Made by a program: the position numbers and the translations under genes
Origin: Tubulanus polymorphus
Lineage: Eukaryota; Animalia; Nemertea
Length of the DNA: 64,000 nucleotides
Direction: 5' to 3'
Assembly: GCF_964204645.1 (NCBI RefSeq)
Contig: NC_134029.1
Location: forward strand, 9,760,850 to 9,824,849
Notes under the pieces: generated by a model
What the model was told of the DNA's origin: nothing
Seen by the model: the letters and a program-made list of their open reading frames with translations, nothing else
The model's database searches: none
In this document: positions 28,163 through 43,144 of the stretch, piece by piece
Position numbering within the stretch: the stretch's first letter is position 1
How the letters are laid out: each line of letters opens with the position of its first letter

Positions 28163-29706
28163 ATTGAACTGTTATGCTTTATGAACAAACATGCTACAAA
28201 ATTTTATGAAATTCTAGAACTCTCCATGTATAACCAATAAATTGAAATTTGTTTATTCAGCCACTGGTTTACGCTGTTTCACTGCGTTACGGCCAGAGGT
28301 CAATTATTCAATTAATTGATTTCCGTATATTATCTCACTGAAGTGCTATTCATCGGTGTTGACGCCGAGAGCGTAGTGTCTCAGCGTCAGGATGTAACGC
28401 CAATGAGAAGTCCATTCAGTTGACAAAAAGTGCGCCGAAGAAATTGTGCCAAGTATAAATACGGACTACCCATGATTCGAATGGGTATATGTACAAGCGT
28501 ACACAGTCTTATGAAGGAGACATCAAAACCTCTTGTCAGCGAGCCTATTTTTGAATAAGCATCATAGTTCTCTCATGAACGGAGACGCCAACTTCAGCTT
28601 ATAGCGCTATCTCTTTTTACACCGAAACTATATCTACTAATATTTCTGACCTTTATTCGTAGGGAATATTGGTTTGGTCGTTTTAAATTACTAAACGAGG
28701 AAACGAGGTTTCCAGAAAAAAAACCAGACGTACGAAGTTATTAATGACGATTGATATCATGGCCGCTTTTGACGGAAAGACTTTTTAAATAAACTTAACT
28801 GGGCAATCGGTTAGTTGTTTTTTTATCAAGCAAAAGTGCATTAGTCGTTTGAGAAAAGAATAACAAATCAATCATTTAATTTCAGTGTTTATTTCGAAAT
28901 CTGCTTTCTATATATTCGTTATTGGTCATTTTAAAGGCAAATTGATTGACGGTTGGATCCTGATGGATATGCATACATCTTTTCTTATTGGGCCCGACGC
29001 ATCTCCTCTAAACTCCTGTCTCAACTGATTTATCGTTTCGATAAATAAGTACCTAATAAACCCTTTGAAAGTCGGGCGAAATTTTGCCGATCGAGGCTGT
29101 CTCTTTCCTGCTTCATTTACAGTTGTCCGTGCCGAATGGATTTCGTCGCTCATAGCGCATTTTCAAAGCATCTTCATTCACGCTGCGGTTAATGAGAGAA
29201 TCTTGGCTTCTAATTTAGCAGAAATTGCCCCTGACTATGACACTTCGAGACCAGACCTTTTCATAAAATAACGGTATCAATAGAACTTTGATCGATCGTT
29301 CGCAAATACGAAGGGAAGGTTGAATTAATAACCGGGGAATTTTCATCACTTAGGCAGAATAATTATCCGACTGTTATCACGTTTAATTGTGAGGATCTGT
29401 GCTGGCTGCTGTCAATATGACTATACTGGCGGTTACCTATCGATGGCTCAGATTCCAGAAAAAGTGGCTGCTTTCGTACAACCCACATCACTACATATTA
29501 CAATTACAATCACTAAGTAAATCTTAAGATAGCTTCCCATTTTTGATTAATTTCTCAACAGAATAAAGGTGATTTACATAATGGTGAGTGATAAAATATG
29601 GACACATTATAGAATACAGACAAAAACCGATTGCGGCACAGATAAGCCTCCGGGAAAATCGTAAATCGAATCTACTAGGCAAACAAAAATGAGGCATTAT
29701 TCTGTT

Positions 29707-29815
29707 GGGGTATTACTAAACTGTGCTACCAGTCACAACCACCCACAACTAGTCAAAACCACCCACAACTAGTCACAACCACCCACCACCAATCACAACG
29801 AGTCACGACCACCTT
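29707..29815. repeat. 11/22-bp minisatellite (ACCACCCACA/ACTAGTCACA), probably the subterminal repeat of a DNA transposon
   Basis: Alternating ACCAGTCACAACCACCCACA-like units directly after GGGGTATTACTAAACTG. Confidence 0.6.
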
Positions 29816-30346
29816 AAAACTTACACAATAATCCACAATCAGCCCAAGCCCACGACTAGGGCTACCACAGCAAAACGAAATGACCGACAATCACCACCAC
29901 AAATGTCAAAATGGTCAAATTGATACATGATATCTGTCGCTAATTCTTTCTAATCTGATTTTACTTTCTAGACTAGTAATTTTTTTCAAGATGATTTAAG
30001 AATGATTAAGAATAATGATAAGGGGGCATGGTGACCATTGGCACCTTAGTTCCATCTCTGTCATTTTAGTCCTGTTGAAGCAATGATGTACTGGTTCGTA
30101 ATCATATATCTGATGTGATTGTGGTATTTCTTTTTAGCCTGTCCTTCCCTCTCCTAGCCCCAGTTATGATTACGATGATCTTTTTATAACAATTTCATTA
30201 ATGATTGTAATATAGATAATTGATTCGTGCGGCTTATATTGAAAATTAGCAAAATATTACTTTGAAATGCAGGTCCAAAGCAGCGATATCGGTTTTCAGC
30301 AAAATAATTCAGTTATTCAATAGATGCATCACAATTAAGTTTCAGT

Positions 30347-30414
30347 TTCACCAAGATCGTTTCGGAGGTTCACCAAGATCGTTTCGGAGGTTCACCAAGA
30401 TCGTTTCGGAGGTT
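30347..30414. repeat. 22-bp tandem repeat x3
   Basis: TTCACCAAGATCGTTTCGGAGG three times without spacers. Confidence 0.95.
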
Positions 30415-32139
30415 TTTGACTGAAAACACTTCCGCCGTATCGATGAGATATTCAAGTTCATTCATAGCACCCTTCTATATCTTTTAGTCAAAGAGCCTAA
30501 AGAAGAAGGTGCTTTTTGGGTATTTTTTGGGCGTGACCTTCATATTTTGGTACGAACCTAAAAATAGTAGATTTATAAAATGCTAACGCTTTCTTCTCTC
30601 TCTATAGTATATGGCCATTCGCAAAAAAGGTTTCGAAAGTTTTGAGAAGATTTTGCATAGGGCAAAGGAGGTATCTATCTTACTGCATGACCCACCTGGT
30701 TATATTGTTTAATGCATATCCATAACGTCATTTTCGTACTTACATTAATTTCTCCAGATTAAAAGCTTTGTCATTTGCGATTGCAAGGGTTCTAAACCTA
30801 CGAATTAGGTAAATTTGGTCAAACGGTTGAACGGATCGGTGAAAATGTTCAGATATATATCCTTACATTTTGTCGACGATTTATGGTTTCTACGGAAAAG
30901 CGTAGTTCGTACGACGCCTTATTAAGGGATTGATTTAAATCTGAAGGCAATTAATGGGAATGAAAACCTATGCTTTTGAGCCATCGTTCGTGGTGGCTTC
31001 ATACGCCCGTTATGATCTTATCTTAACTTCCCAAACGCATTAAAACTATCTGTTTAGTTGGGAAATTAGGATCATCCTTTTCAAATATGATTGATTCTCG
31101 ATAGATTCTCCATGTCCCGTTAAGTGGGCCGGCGTGAACAGCTATTCTACCCGTATAAGCTTCTTTTCATAAGGTCCCGCGCGTAATCGGTGCATCGGGC
31201 GCCGAAAGACGGAATTAAAGCCAATATGATTAATTGTCCGGGGATAAATAGCTGAGATTTCTCGGTCTTTTTTACACGGTTATCTCGTAGTCTTGTGGGA
31301 CGTCAGTCGGATTCCTGGAGACGGCTGAATGCGATAGTTTCTAAAGGAAGAGTACGCGTTGAACTAGATAAATATTCGGCAATCAAGGCGGAATTTCCTC
31401 GGAGATTTCCAGGTCCTTTGTGGTATCGATCTCGTCGCTGCGTTGACATGCGCGAGTAAGCTGGTAGCCGGGGGCTGAGCGTGGATTCAAAGTAACCCAA
31501 TACGCTTTCATTTAAGCTTATTACTTAACTTAGCGCAATCATCACGGAAATGTTCCGAAGTTTCGATAGCTCATCAATACGTTACGCACGAATGCGCCAT
31601 GTTATACATTCATATAATTCTTCTGATAACACAGACTTGATCGAATCTCCAAATCCCCGTAAGATGTAATAAACTGCTGCGCCCCCGATGTATCCGCATC
31701 GATTGTTTTCACAGATTTTTTACCGGGGTGCGCTGCCTTTCAAGTCCCGCGCACTTCAAGTAACGGCGACATTTAGGCGGGCATTCAAACGCACTAATCA
31801 CTAGTTCTTTTGAGATGTGAATATCATGATATGATTAATTAATTGTATTACTGGATACAATTAATCAGGGACGTTGTAAAAATAACATTAATCAAAGACG
31901 TTGTGTAAATATATGTATATATCCTTTCCGAGATATCCTTTACCTTAGTAAGTGTCAACACAAGCTAGCTGATAAATGCCCGGAAGAAGAGGAGGAGGGG
32001 AGTGCTAGAAATTTGACACTATGTATGACTACGATATGTGCGTCGAACGCCAAGCGCCTATGCAAAAAACAAAAAATTGGATCTTCTTTGATTCTTTAAA
32101 GAGAAATGTGTTGCTTGATACAACTTAATGAAAGAATAC

Positions 32140-32453
32140 ACGTATAGATGAAATGGAACAAAGTATTCTCACAGATACTTGCTTTGTATTATCGCAGCAA
32201 TGAAATGAATTTTTATGCGCATTTTCCAAGGATATGATTAGTATACTTATGAAAATAGCCGCCTGAATGGAACGTGACTTTTATTTGCCGACGTACGAAA
32301 TTCCTTACTGGTATACATGGGAGTGTGCATGGGGTGCACAGCACCTCTTAAAACGTCAAGTTGCCCTGAAATTTAAGAGGAAAATGAATGATAATTAAGT
32401 GACATTTAGGGCAAGAAAATGAAGGACAATGCACTTCCATTTCATCTATACGT
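32140..32453. mobile_element. MITE-like element with 19-bp perfect TIRs
   Basis: ACGTATAGATGAAATGGAA (32140-32158) and its exact reverse complement at 32435-32453; no TSD seen. Confidence 0.55.
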
Positions 32454-34244
32454 TTGCTAAACGTTTAGATTCATAAGAACATTGTTTTCGTGGTGCCCTT
32501 TTATCATATGCTATGTCCTATAATCCTCTCCTGCCTTACTTGACACAAGGAGCGCATGTCTGCGGGTTTGACCATTGGGTCTTTACACAGCGAGGGTACC
32601 GAATCGAAAAATCTATACGTAATGCTGAAGCATGCAGTAACCCCGGCGAGTCAGTCTTTTGCATTTGAGATTGCTTGTTCATTAAGATGTTTGTTCACTA
32701 CTGTTTACATGATGATTATACAGACGATTATGTTTAAAAGCGTAAAACCCTGTGCGCATTTCAGGAATTCTCTTTGTAAACGAAAATTTCGAGATTCCCA
32801 GCACGTCTGCGTGGCGTTAATGGACTCGTCGTTTCATTTACGGTATATCAGTTGAGTTCATATCAAACGCGCTGTAAAGCTGCGTCACTTTCAATTTACT
32901 TCTGCCTGAAACAATTATGGAAACGTTCAAACGAATTGCAAAAGAATGAATCGAGAAGCTGTTCGGATCAGCCGTGTGACCGTATATGATTTACGATTTA
33001 ATTTTCCTCGTTAGCAACTTGGGTCGAACAAAATACGACTTCTCGAAAAAATTGTGTGGAAAACTTTTTTCTAGAGTTTCAGCAAAACTTTGGGATCGAG
33101 GGTGATTTCTATTGGGTTAAGAGATACGTAGATAACAAATCGAAAAATCAAGTAATTACATAAGAATGTGAAGTGGTATCTTCTCAAAATGTATTGGTCA
33201 ATGCTTTGTATTTGTATTTGTATTTGTATTTCGAGACAAAATGCAATGACTGTCTCAAGGCGTGGATTGAATAAACGGTCCTTACTTACCTCTTTTTGAA
33301 TTCATGTGGTGATAGGGTTTTCTTGTCATTCTTTCCTGGTTTTCCATCCATCAAATTGGAATTTCAAACATCGAACCTACTTCAAAAAAGCTCTTGGAGT
33401 TGACTTTTTGGGTTGCATAATTTTTCAAAATGGAATAATCAATCCCAGTAATGCTATCATATCATAATGTGTAGTGGATTGGTAGATAATCTAACTATGA
33501 ACGCGTGAACGGACCTCCAATTCGGCCCCAATAATGTTACCGCCGTTGCCCGAATAGTTTTATGGTCTTATTAAGTTGATACAGGGACTATAATTCTTCA
33601 ACTAGTTTCCTCGGCTGAACGATTTACGACTCGACAGCGAGTAATTCTCACCTCATTACATTTTATGGCATATTCTCGCGATTGCGTCCGAGGGATTTAT
33701 TTCCCAGCCAATATATTCCCCACGTTGATTCATTTAAACAATTTATTCATGATACAGCACACAAAATTACCCCCGAACAACTTGGATAAAAACCGTATTT
33801 AAAGAGATAGCTGCCTATTTCTTGCCAATGAAAAATAATTACATCGCGAACGGCATGAATATTTTACGTGTCAGAATCGATTTGCCCGAATGCGAGTGAC
33901 AAACAGGTTCTTTTTGGGCATACGCTAAATTCCGTTGCTTTCCAGAACACGAATTCTACGAGATATATTTCAATTTCGGGATTCTGGCTCAACCTTATCG
34001 AATGATAATATTGTCAATTTTTACATGAACGAGAAACGGCCTTTGGGCGAATAACATTTCACGAAACAGTGTTCTGGAGACAGGAAACTAGCGAGAAAAG
34101 CGTCCCTTTTTTCGTAGTAATCTGTGTATATGAATACACGAGCTCCTGTGCATCAGGCACCTGTTGTTCACCCGTGAAAATAATGTATATATGTCAGTTC
34201 TCTAATTTCAATAATTCGACTTTCATTGTGTCATTTCTTTTCAG

Positions 34245-34381
34245 GGCCTGACTTTTGGGGCCATATGAACACCGATTGGTATCTATGCACGAAAGGCAAA
34301 CAGCAATCACCGATAAACATAGATCCGAGAGAGCTTTTATTCGACATGACGTTGACTCCGATCAAAGTGGAAGGAGGCAGG
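34245..34381 (+). CDS. CARP exon: PDFWGHMNTDWYLCTKGKQQSPINIDPRELLFDMTLTPIKVEGGR
   Basis: ttttcag acceptor, AGG|gtaagt donor, 137 nt, phase 1/0; alpha-CA QSPINI motif and first disulfide Cys. Confidence 0.97.
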
Positions 34382-35182
34382 GTAAGTATTGTTGAAGCAC
34401 TGGGCCGCCCCGGCGGGGCAAAATTCTCACGAGACTAGGAGCTCAGGTGTACGCTGAATTCTGGCTGATTTTATTTTACTTCGCGAGATGGTGTGGACAT
34501 ATCCATCATGTTTGATTTCGCCGCGCGTGAGGCGAATGATCTATATACACGTAAATGAAGTTGCAGCAATACTTTGTATAGATCCAACAAAATTACCCAA
34601 CACCCGGAGACGTTGCTCTTAAACTAATAGGCTATTTCAATTTCTAAGTCTACTATCAGCACTCAAATGACGGAATGGACGGTCATTTCAAAATATATTA
34701 TAATTATCTAAAAATCTACAGGTTTCTAATCATGATTCTAACAGTAATGCCCAGTTATTTTCACGTACGTTCTTGTAAGCCAAAAAGTAAAAGCATGGTA
34801 ATTTGAATTCCACTTCATGCTAGAGATTACTACATGCAAGTTTTTCAAGCTACGTTTGAGCTTGCGATATCGTTTTCGTTTCGCGATAGCCATTTCATCT
34901 TTACGCCTCGAACCGGGAAACTACTCGTGAAAAATGATAGATAGTGCTCAAGGGGATAACGTAATCAACAATATCAATTCTCTTTTTTTTAAATTAAAAG
35001 TAGAAAAATTCGTTATTGAAATTGATATACGCTATAGAGAGATGATAATCATACTAATAATCACTCATCTTCATTACGAGATGAGGATTTTAAACACATT
35101 CTAATGCCAGCCATCTATCCGTAATAAACAAGTCTCCATAAACAAAACGAACAATCAAATGACTCGTTTAGATTCAGGGGTA

Positions 35183-35350
35183 CAGTGGAACCTCGTTACA
35201 ACGAACTCGGATACAACGATTCATCGGTTTTACAAATACTAAATTTCGTCGAAGACAATTTACCTAATTTCATACTGGATATAACGAACTATCGGTTATA
35301 ACGAACATATCATCTGGTCCCGTGAAAATCGCTGTTTCGAGGTTCCACTG
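35183..35350. mobile_element. Tc1/mariner-pogo (Tigger-like) MITE
   Basis: TA|CAGTGGAACCTCG ... CGAGGTTCCACTG TIRs with internal ATAACGAA/TACAACGA repeats; the right TA is mutated to GA. Confidence 0.75.
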
Positions 35351-37566
35351 GATACACGAAATTGTGACGCCTTGCCCTTTTTCAAATTCGTTATCTTAAA
35401 TTGCCAAGCTTTTAAAGTTTCCTTACGAATTAAATGTTAGGTCTACAATTAATCGCAGACCTGGATTTCTCAACCAAACTCTAATGGAATATTCCGAAAT
35501 TGGGATTCAAACCTAATGGTATCGAGACCCTGTAAGTTCTGGGACCAGATTCTATCTACTAGTAACCGTATGTATTTTGCAAGTAGTATATATCGTTTAC
35601 ACGATAGGTAATCAATAAATTTCGATAATTGCCCAGGGTGTAAAATAATGACACCATCGAGCTATGTATTGATTTCAGTCACACATTTTATATAAAATGG
35701 ATTTTAATACCGTACATTTCAATTGAAGATATTCAAATGCGAAATAGTGTACACGCTCGAATACTTCGTGCGGAACGAGCTTCGACGACCAGCATTCGAT
35801 GCTCAAGGTCGATATAATTGATTACCTACAGGAAATATACGTTATCTATCACATTGAGTTTATCTAAACCGATCGATTCGTTGTCGAATGTATAGTTATC
35901 GAAACTCTAAACACGGGGGAATGATACTTTATAGTTGCTTGATTGAAGGGAAGTCCAAATGGAGATAATTCGGTCAAATGGACATCAGGATTCACAGTCG
36001 TGTATTGCTATCGTAATCGTTATCCTCATCCACTTTCAAGGGTTTGCTCCGATTATTTTCGAATTCGTACGATTCTAGACATATTGTCGAGCAATTGTAC
36101 GGAGAGTAACATTTTCGCAGGAGGTCACTGAACTAATCTTTGGATCGATCATCTAAATGTTTTATTGAATATTTTGCCATTAATTTATCCACTGAATACT
36201 TGCGTTTCTTGAATTGGTTACGTACGATGTTGAACACAGTTTTCATTAGCTCGAATTCTATGTGATAGACCAATGAATGGAGTGCGGACAGAGTTTGTGT
36301 TATTGTGAGCTAGGTGGGAGCTGGGAGTAATCATTTGAATGATTACTCCAAGGTGCGGGAGGCAACGAATCTCTTGCGAGGATGGTATAGTTCTAAACAC
36401 CTATATAGTTCTAAGAAAATCATTGTTAGTAATACAACCATTCATCCATATATGTACGAAACTTTTTTTTTTTCAATTTTTGATTTTACATCAGTGGTCC
36501 CACATAATTGAAAGTACATTTTTTGATAGGATAGAAAAATTTGAACATCCGCTCAAACGGAAACCCACTTTTTGATTGTAGAAGTTCCACATTCATTAGT
36601 TGCCTACTAACGTGCTTCATCCGTAACATATATTGTTGGTGCCTTTAGAATGCTATTTAAAAACTTGAATAACAAACAATCAATATGCAGAGGCCCCAAT
36701 TGCAGATAGAAACCAATAGTACAAATTCGATTGGAAATTGAAAATATGTGTTTCACAATTAGTTTGTTCACAAACATCATTCCACACTCGATGAGCGCAG
36801 AGACTTCCACGCACGGGGTCGCGTGATAACCTATTCATTCAATTCCAAAGCGAGAAATAAAGTAAATATCAGACTAAAAGGAATTATAGATTGGCCTTTT
36901 TATTAATATTCACATCGCAGTTTTCAACATAATTATCTTCAACAATTCTTTTCTTTCGGTGGATGTTTTTTTCTGTTTCTACTACAAGTAATTCGACTGA
37001 TTCGCAACAACTACCGTTTTAGCCGTAATTTATTTCATTCAGTCGCTCAACGCTCGACGCGTGGGTCTTTTCGCCCGGGGCAGAACAATTATTGTTACAA
37101 AACACTTTCTGACAGTAAGATGAGCCCATGTAAAGATAACATATAGCCGCCGTGCATGTGCAGTAGGCTGCATTCATCCAGCATTAGTAAACTGCCCGGC
37201 ATCTAGTTTCAGAATAGGAAAGTGCGTGTAACTTTCATAAAAATAATATTTCTCTTATTCACAACATTTGGTACTGTCTCTCCCACCATTGTTCAAACTC
37301 CGTATTAGGTTTGAAATCAGGCAATTATGGCTGACGAATATCATTAGATATATTATCAACTTCAGTTTGGGGGTACTCTTCATTTTTAGATTTTTGAATT
37401 TCAATTTCACTTATCTATGAAGTTCTCAATGAGCGCGCCGCTGAAATACTTTTACATATCCTAAGTTTTGTAACATTTTTGAGTTTTATATACACCTTGT
37501 ATGATCGGTTCTTTATTATAAACGCTTAATCCATGAAATTTCCTCATCCATAATATACTTTTACAG

Positions 37567-37758
37567 GTAGATGGGGTGTTGTCGAATACCGGACATTTCA
37601 TCAGGTTTCTCGTGAATGATACATTCAATCGCGAACTCACCGTTTCCCGAGGACCACTCACCTACACGTACAGTATCACCGATTACATCATTCATTTCGG
37701 AGGATTCGATTCAATGGGCTCTGAGCACACAATCGATGGACACTCATTCCCCGGCGAG
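37567..37758 (+). CDS. CARP exon: VDGVLSNTGHFIRF...DYIIHFGGFDSMGSEHTIDGHSFPGE
   Basis: ttacag acceptor, GAG|gtaaat donor, 192 nt, phase 0/0; NxGH, HFG and GSEH alpha-CA motifs. Confidence 0.97.
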
Positions 37759-38332
37759 GTAAATATATAGACATATACATGTATTTGAAACGATATACAA
37801 ATCTTTTGATTCATTAGTATAATGAATGATAAGGTCCCAGACTATCCGAAGCTATACTACGATTAAATGAAAATATTTAGCACTACTTATAGGTTTATTT
37901 TCAATTGTAAAATCTGCATATTGCCCTATTGTTAGGCACGGGAAATTATTCCACCAGGCGCTGAGGAAGGTCACAAGTCACCCGGGCTTACATTGGAAGC
38001 AAGTTCGAGCCAAATTTGGTTGAATTTCTCATCGATAAATACAAAGAGCAATATTCATTAAATTGTATACAATACGTAATAAATAAGATACACTTATTGT
38101 GAGATTGGCTTGATGTAACTGTGTGCCAAAGCACACTAACGACAACTCTTTCTAGTGTGCCAAAACGACTTAAGCTGTTTAGGCACTGTAAAAAGTAGCT
38201 TTGGTGCTCCAAAAGACTCATTAACTAGTCAAAACAACCCTTGTGTGACGTGAGTGGTGTTTATGGTCCGAACCAGTCAACGTGATTAAGCATGTAGGAA
38301 ATGTTAACGATGGATGATGGTTCTATTTGTAG

Positions 38333-38428
38333 ATTCAAATAATGGCGTATAATAGTGACTTGTACAGTAATTTTTCTATGGCTGTTAACTCGCCTCATGG
38401 TTTAGCATCAATTTCCATCCTCGTTCAA
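38333..38428 (+). CDS. CARP exon: IQIMAYNSDLYSNFSMAVNSPHGLASISILVQ
   Basis: tttgtag acceptor, CAA|gtaagt donor, 96 nt, phase 0/0; E-I-Q replaces E-L-H (His119 to Gln). Too short for the ORF track. Confidence 0.95.
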
Positions 38429-41400
38429 GTAAGTAAAAAATCCATCGATTTATGTTTACATTTGTTTCATCACTTGTATATGCTCGAATCCGTATTGCTT
38501 TAAACCACTGAACGTCGTCAAATGATGCAAGCTTTTCCGCACAGGATTAGATTATTTCTAAAAATCTACACATGGAACTAAGAACTAAGAATTTCTCATA
38601 AATCATTTAATGCTTAGTTAGCAGGTTGGAAATGGTTGTCGCCTCCAAGGAGAAACCGTCGTGTAACCCTCGATATTTTTCTAACTTGTAATAGGGATTG
38701 TCCCACCTTTTTATTTGTTTGGTAGATTTAATTTGATCGGGTGTGGGAAATCGAAGCACAGATAACGTCGATCGAATGATCGATCGAATTTACAGATCTT
38801 AATTCTAAAATCGAAATACGAAATTGGTTGATTTTTGTAGGCTGCCTAATTGAATACATTGAAATTAAGAAATAACTGATAAGATTTGAAGATCAAATCG
38901 TCCATTTTTACTTTCTGGAAGCCAAGAGCTATGTTACTAGTATAGATTTCGAGTGAACATTAATTTATTTACAAAAAAATGGAAGATGCAATGCGAAAAT
39001 GTTATTGTCTTCGATTGTTAATTTAAAGCTCAAAAATCTATATTTGATTGTGGTAAAATGATAAACTCTGGTTGGCTTTGCTGATATCGGTTGGTGCTAC
39101 AATACAATACGCGAAACCGTAGTATTGCTGGTTTGCGTCCGGGTTAGTTTAATGATTTTGGACCCCAAGTTATACGGCATTATAGTGCAATGTGTAGAGT
39201 TTTTGAGAAACCTGTTTGAACATGTAGCTTTTCTGCAGAATGGCTTTTTTGCAAAAGATGATTTTAGAGATCTGTCATCATCGTTTGGGGGACAAGACGC
39301 CTACACGGATATTCTTTTTAGCTTCACGTGATGATAACGATGATAACAGCTAAACAGCTATTTAAAGTAACATCAAATTTTAGAATTCCCGTAACATTCC
39401 TAATTAGCTTGAATCAAACTTGTGAGGCGGCTGATTAATTTACACGAAACATAAATTGTCGTAAAGACACTTATGCATTCTTCATTGCAAAAATGTGTCT
39501 AACTTTAAAATCGAATAAATATGCTGTGGAATATCTAACTCTGGCGTACTGAAGTTTACTGAAGTTTTGAATTTTACTTTTAACAGAAGCACTTTTGAGA
39601 CTTAAAACACTATTTCCCTACTCGCCTCCAGCGAAAATTTATTCAGGAAGGACGCTCGTGCCTCATCCCCCGTACTCTTAAAGTGCTTCCGTACTTTTCT
39701 TTTTTGATTTGTCCTTTTAGTATTGCTCTACATGAAGATATTGGGTTTTTTAACGGTCGCCCTTTTCTGAATATTTTGCCCGAAATGGCATGTAACATAT
39801 TTCACGAAGAAGAGTAATCAATTTGAACGAGTGTATATTTGTTCGCAGCCATCGAAATGTTTTTTTGCTTATTTTTCCATCGCGGATCAATAGTCGAATA
39901 CAGACAAAACCTTTTTGTCTGTAGAGAAAATGTTTCGATACTATTTGTACGATTTTGATGTTTCCGAGGTTCGCATGCATGTAGAGCGAAACGTGTTGGC
40001 GGATTAATCGTATTGCGGTACAAGGTTATACTGCAGGTTACGGAAAAGAGAAATGTGATAGATCAATTCTATACTACCGGGCGGGTTACTGTGTTTCACA
40101 GGGCTTCGGCTCTTCACTGCGTTTTAACATCGTTATCCAGCTATTCAGTTAAAGTATATTCAAATAAAGTATGCTCGCCGCTATGCAAATGCATGTAAAA
40201 CCGCACTGTAATGTCATGGATGTTGCGTCTGATTTGCACCAACATACAAATGCTGTCAATTTTGCCAGAAGTGTTTTCGACGACGTATTTTCTTACGTTT
40301 TGATAAGAATCCTTCAACGCCCCAGTGGTTCGTCCTCGGCGGTATACTCTTGGGTTTGTTTCTCATTCAATAATATCCTAAATTCGTAAATATGTAACGC
40401 GCGTCCGGTCTTTGTAAATACAAAATGGTTCATTCAGCAAATCTAAATGGACTTGAATGCGTTTCTCCGATGAAAAGGCTGTTCATTCTCCTCGAGTCGT
40501 TTTCAAAATGAACGTATACTCATAGACTTATAGATACGAAAACCAAGGCAGCGCACGAAAGTTATCTTGAGGACAAAAATCCTTATCTTTTGTGAATTTT
40601 TTCAAAATGAATTTTTGCGATGCATTTCTTTCAATTCAAAACTATTCATCTACGATTATTTTTTTCTTTAAATCCAGGAAAAAATATTTGCAAAAACCTT
40701 TTGAAAAAGATTAATTCGCTGAAAACCGTTTTAATAACAATGTAGTCACCGAAAAATCCAGGAAAAAGTAAAGTCATAGGAAAATCGTTCTGGTTTTTTT
40801 TCTATCTGGCCTATATCGCTAAAACGCTCCCGAAGAAAGCAACTCAAAAAGTTTATTTGTTTTTTATCGTAACATTGACTGCGTTTATGACGCACACATT
40901 CGTGCCTGATAGGTCTTGCTCCACGGTATTTAACAGCACGATCAGGTTGCCCGTTTGTCCGGCGCAAACACTGTATTATGACGTTTGTTTATGGTGGAGA
41001 ATTACCCCACAATATTCATCTGTTTTTACTGTAGAGATTTTACCGTCACGGTAGCCATAAATCCGCCAGTTCTGGACTACCTAAAACCCGCTTTTCCGGC
41101 CGTAATTACGTCGGTGTATGACTTCTTTTGAATGCGGCACGCATATACATCGTTAGTCTCGCCAGCAAAGAGCCATCTACGGTCTTAACAAATGCCCGCA
41201 AAAGGCCCTAGATGGTACTTAAACTTCCCGTAAAAATGTTCGCATCCGTCAACGAGTCTGGTCGTACAAAAGACCGCTTTCATACATGGACGGTTTACAG
41301 AATGGCGAAATCACGCATCAAAGAAATTAGGCGTAAATACCCGGCAAATTGCATCTAATTGAATAGATGCGAATTTCAAATCCATGCGAAACCTTTACAT

Positions 41401-43144
41401 CATTACGGGATGATGAAAAACTATTCCGATATTTTATATACACATATATACACTTATAGCATTTAGTTGAAGAACAAATATACATCGGGGTTATTGGCCA
41501 CAGAAAAAAGAGATCGTGTTTTCGCGAGATGTCGTGACTAGATGGGCAAATGTCGACTTCGCATCGATCCTCTTTGGATTTACGAGAATGCCAAGGCTTA
41601 ATCTATTTGAGTCTGGCGTCCAGTATCTATACGCATCAATCTGATCCAGCAACTAATCTCTACGTGCCTCGTATCACCCATAGTACACTCTAACCGATAC
41701 CCTATTTTCATTTCCCTATACACCGCATTTTGGGTAATTAATGACCAAATCTAGGTTAAATCTATTAGGCATGTTTTCAAGCTCTCAGATTATATTGCAC
41801 TTCAGATGAAAGTCTTACCACCGTTTTAAAAATATCACCTTCTTCAGCGCCTGTGACGTTTTATTATGAACGGTATTGGCGATTGTGGCCGACGAAATTC
41901 TCGTGGCGTGTGACGTCACTGATAAAAACACGCATAGTGGAAGTCGTCCGCCAGTTTGTAATGGCTCATTACTGAGCTTGGCGGAATGATAAATTCGATT
42001 TGTTTGTTAGTACACAATGACCGACAGAGGAGAAATTCAGTGATTAAGGAGATAAACTAATTTGCAACTATTTTGTTCCGGAATTTCGCATCCAAAACGA
42101 ACCGACCCATTCAGCGTATTCCCGGAGATGGATCAATAATATTTGTGAGCGATTTCATGTAATGCTCAATGTCTCCAAAGTTTTGCATTTCCGAGCTGCA
42201 TTTTTTAGACTGTTACTAGTATCCTTATATAGGAAAAACTATTATTCAACTGATGCTTTTTCGATGGGAACACAAAACAGCTTTCTTTATGAGCATATTT
42301 CGTATTGTCCAGGCCCGGCCAGGATTTCAGGGTTGCACTTCCCATTTCCAATTTGTACATATAGATTTTTCATGGTTCGATAATCAACGTATATAGAATT
42401 TGAATCTGAGGCGGTCAGACATCATTGTATCGGCAACCGGCTTGTTCATTGTTTTTGCAAAAATCGCTATAGAGAATTCAGCTCCAAGTCTCTCGCTCCT
42501 TAGGTTACTGTCTTACTCTTCGAAATTGATTCACTAATTCATTACTAGCCTTTGATAGCTTGACAGAACATGATGCTTAAAGTAGATCGCTATTGAACTT
42601 CGGCTTAATGCGGTGACATGCGAGGAATGGATCGGTAGATGTCACACTTCCCGTGCTCGCTAATAGCCGTAGACACTCTGCAGCGTGAAACGTGTCCTCA
42701 CTTGTCTTGCGGATTCATAAATCTTAGCCACTTGAGATTGATTCAAAATTTCAAATCTTTTTTACTGGAATCGTATAGTGGTTGAATCCAATCCCGCAAC
42801 TAGGCTTTCGATATCGCAGACACGGGATAACACGTTTCAATATTTTAATTGAATTTGTAGTGAAGAATCATAGGGGGCCTTGTTGTAGTTCTATGTGAAG
42901 GCCGGGATAATGTTCTTGAGAATGATAAGATGGTGTATCAAAATATCGCGTACAGATAAAAAGAGGGCATTTCATAACAAGGAAAGTGTTCTGCTCGATC
43001 TATATTTCGGTATTAATTGTGAAACTCCAACGGATCTATATCGAGTGCTCTTGGCAACTAAAAATTTCATTATACCGATTTTGAGCCGAGCGATGGATTT
43101 CATCAGAAGATGTAATTGGTGTTTTATTTTCATTCTAGCAGTTT

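Noticed and set aside
30347-30414. 22-bp triple repeat as a CRISPR array
   Set aside because: The units are contiguous with no spacers, there are no cas genes, and the context is a eukaryotic intron.
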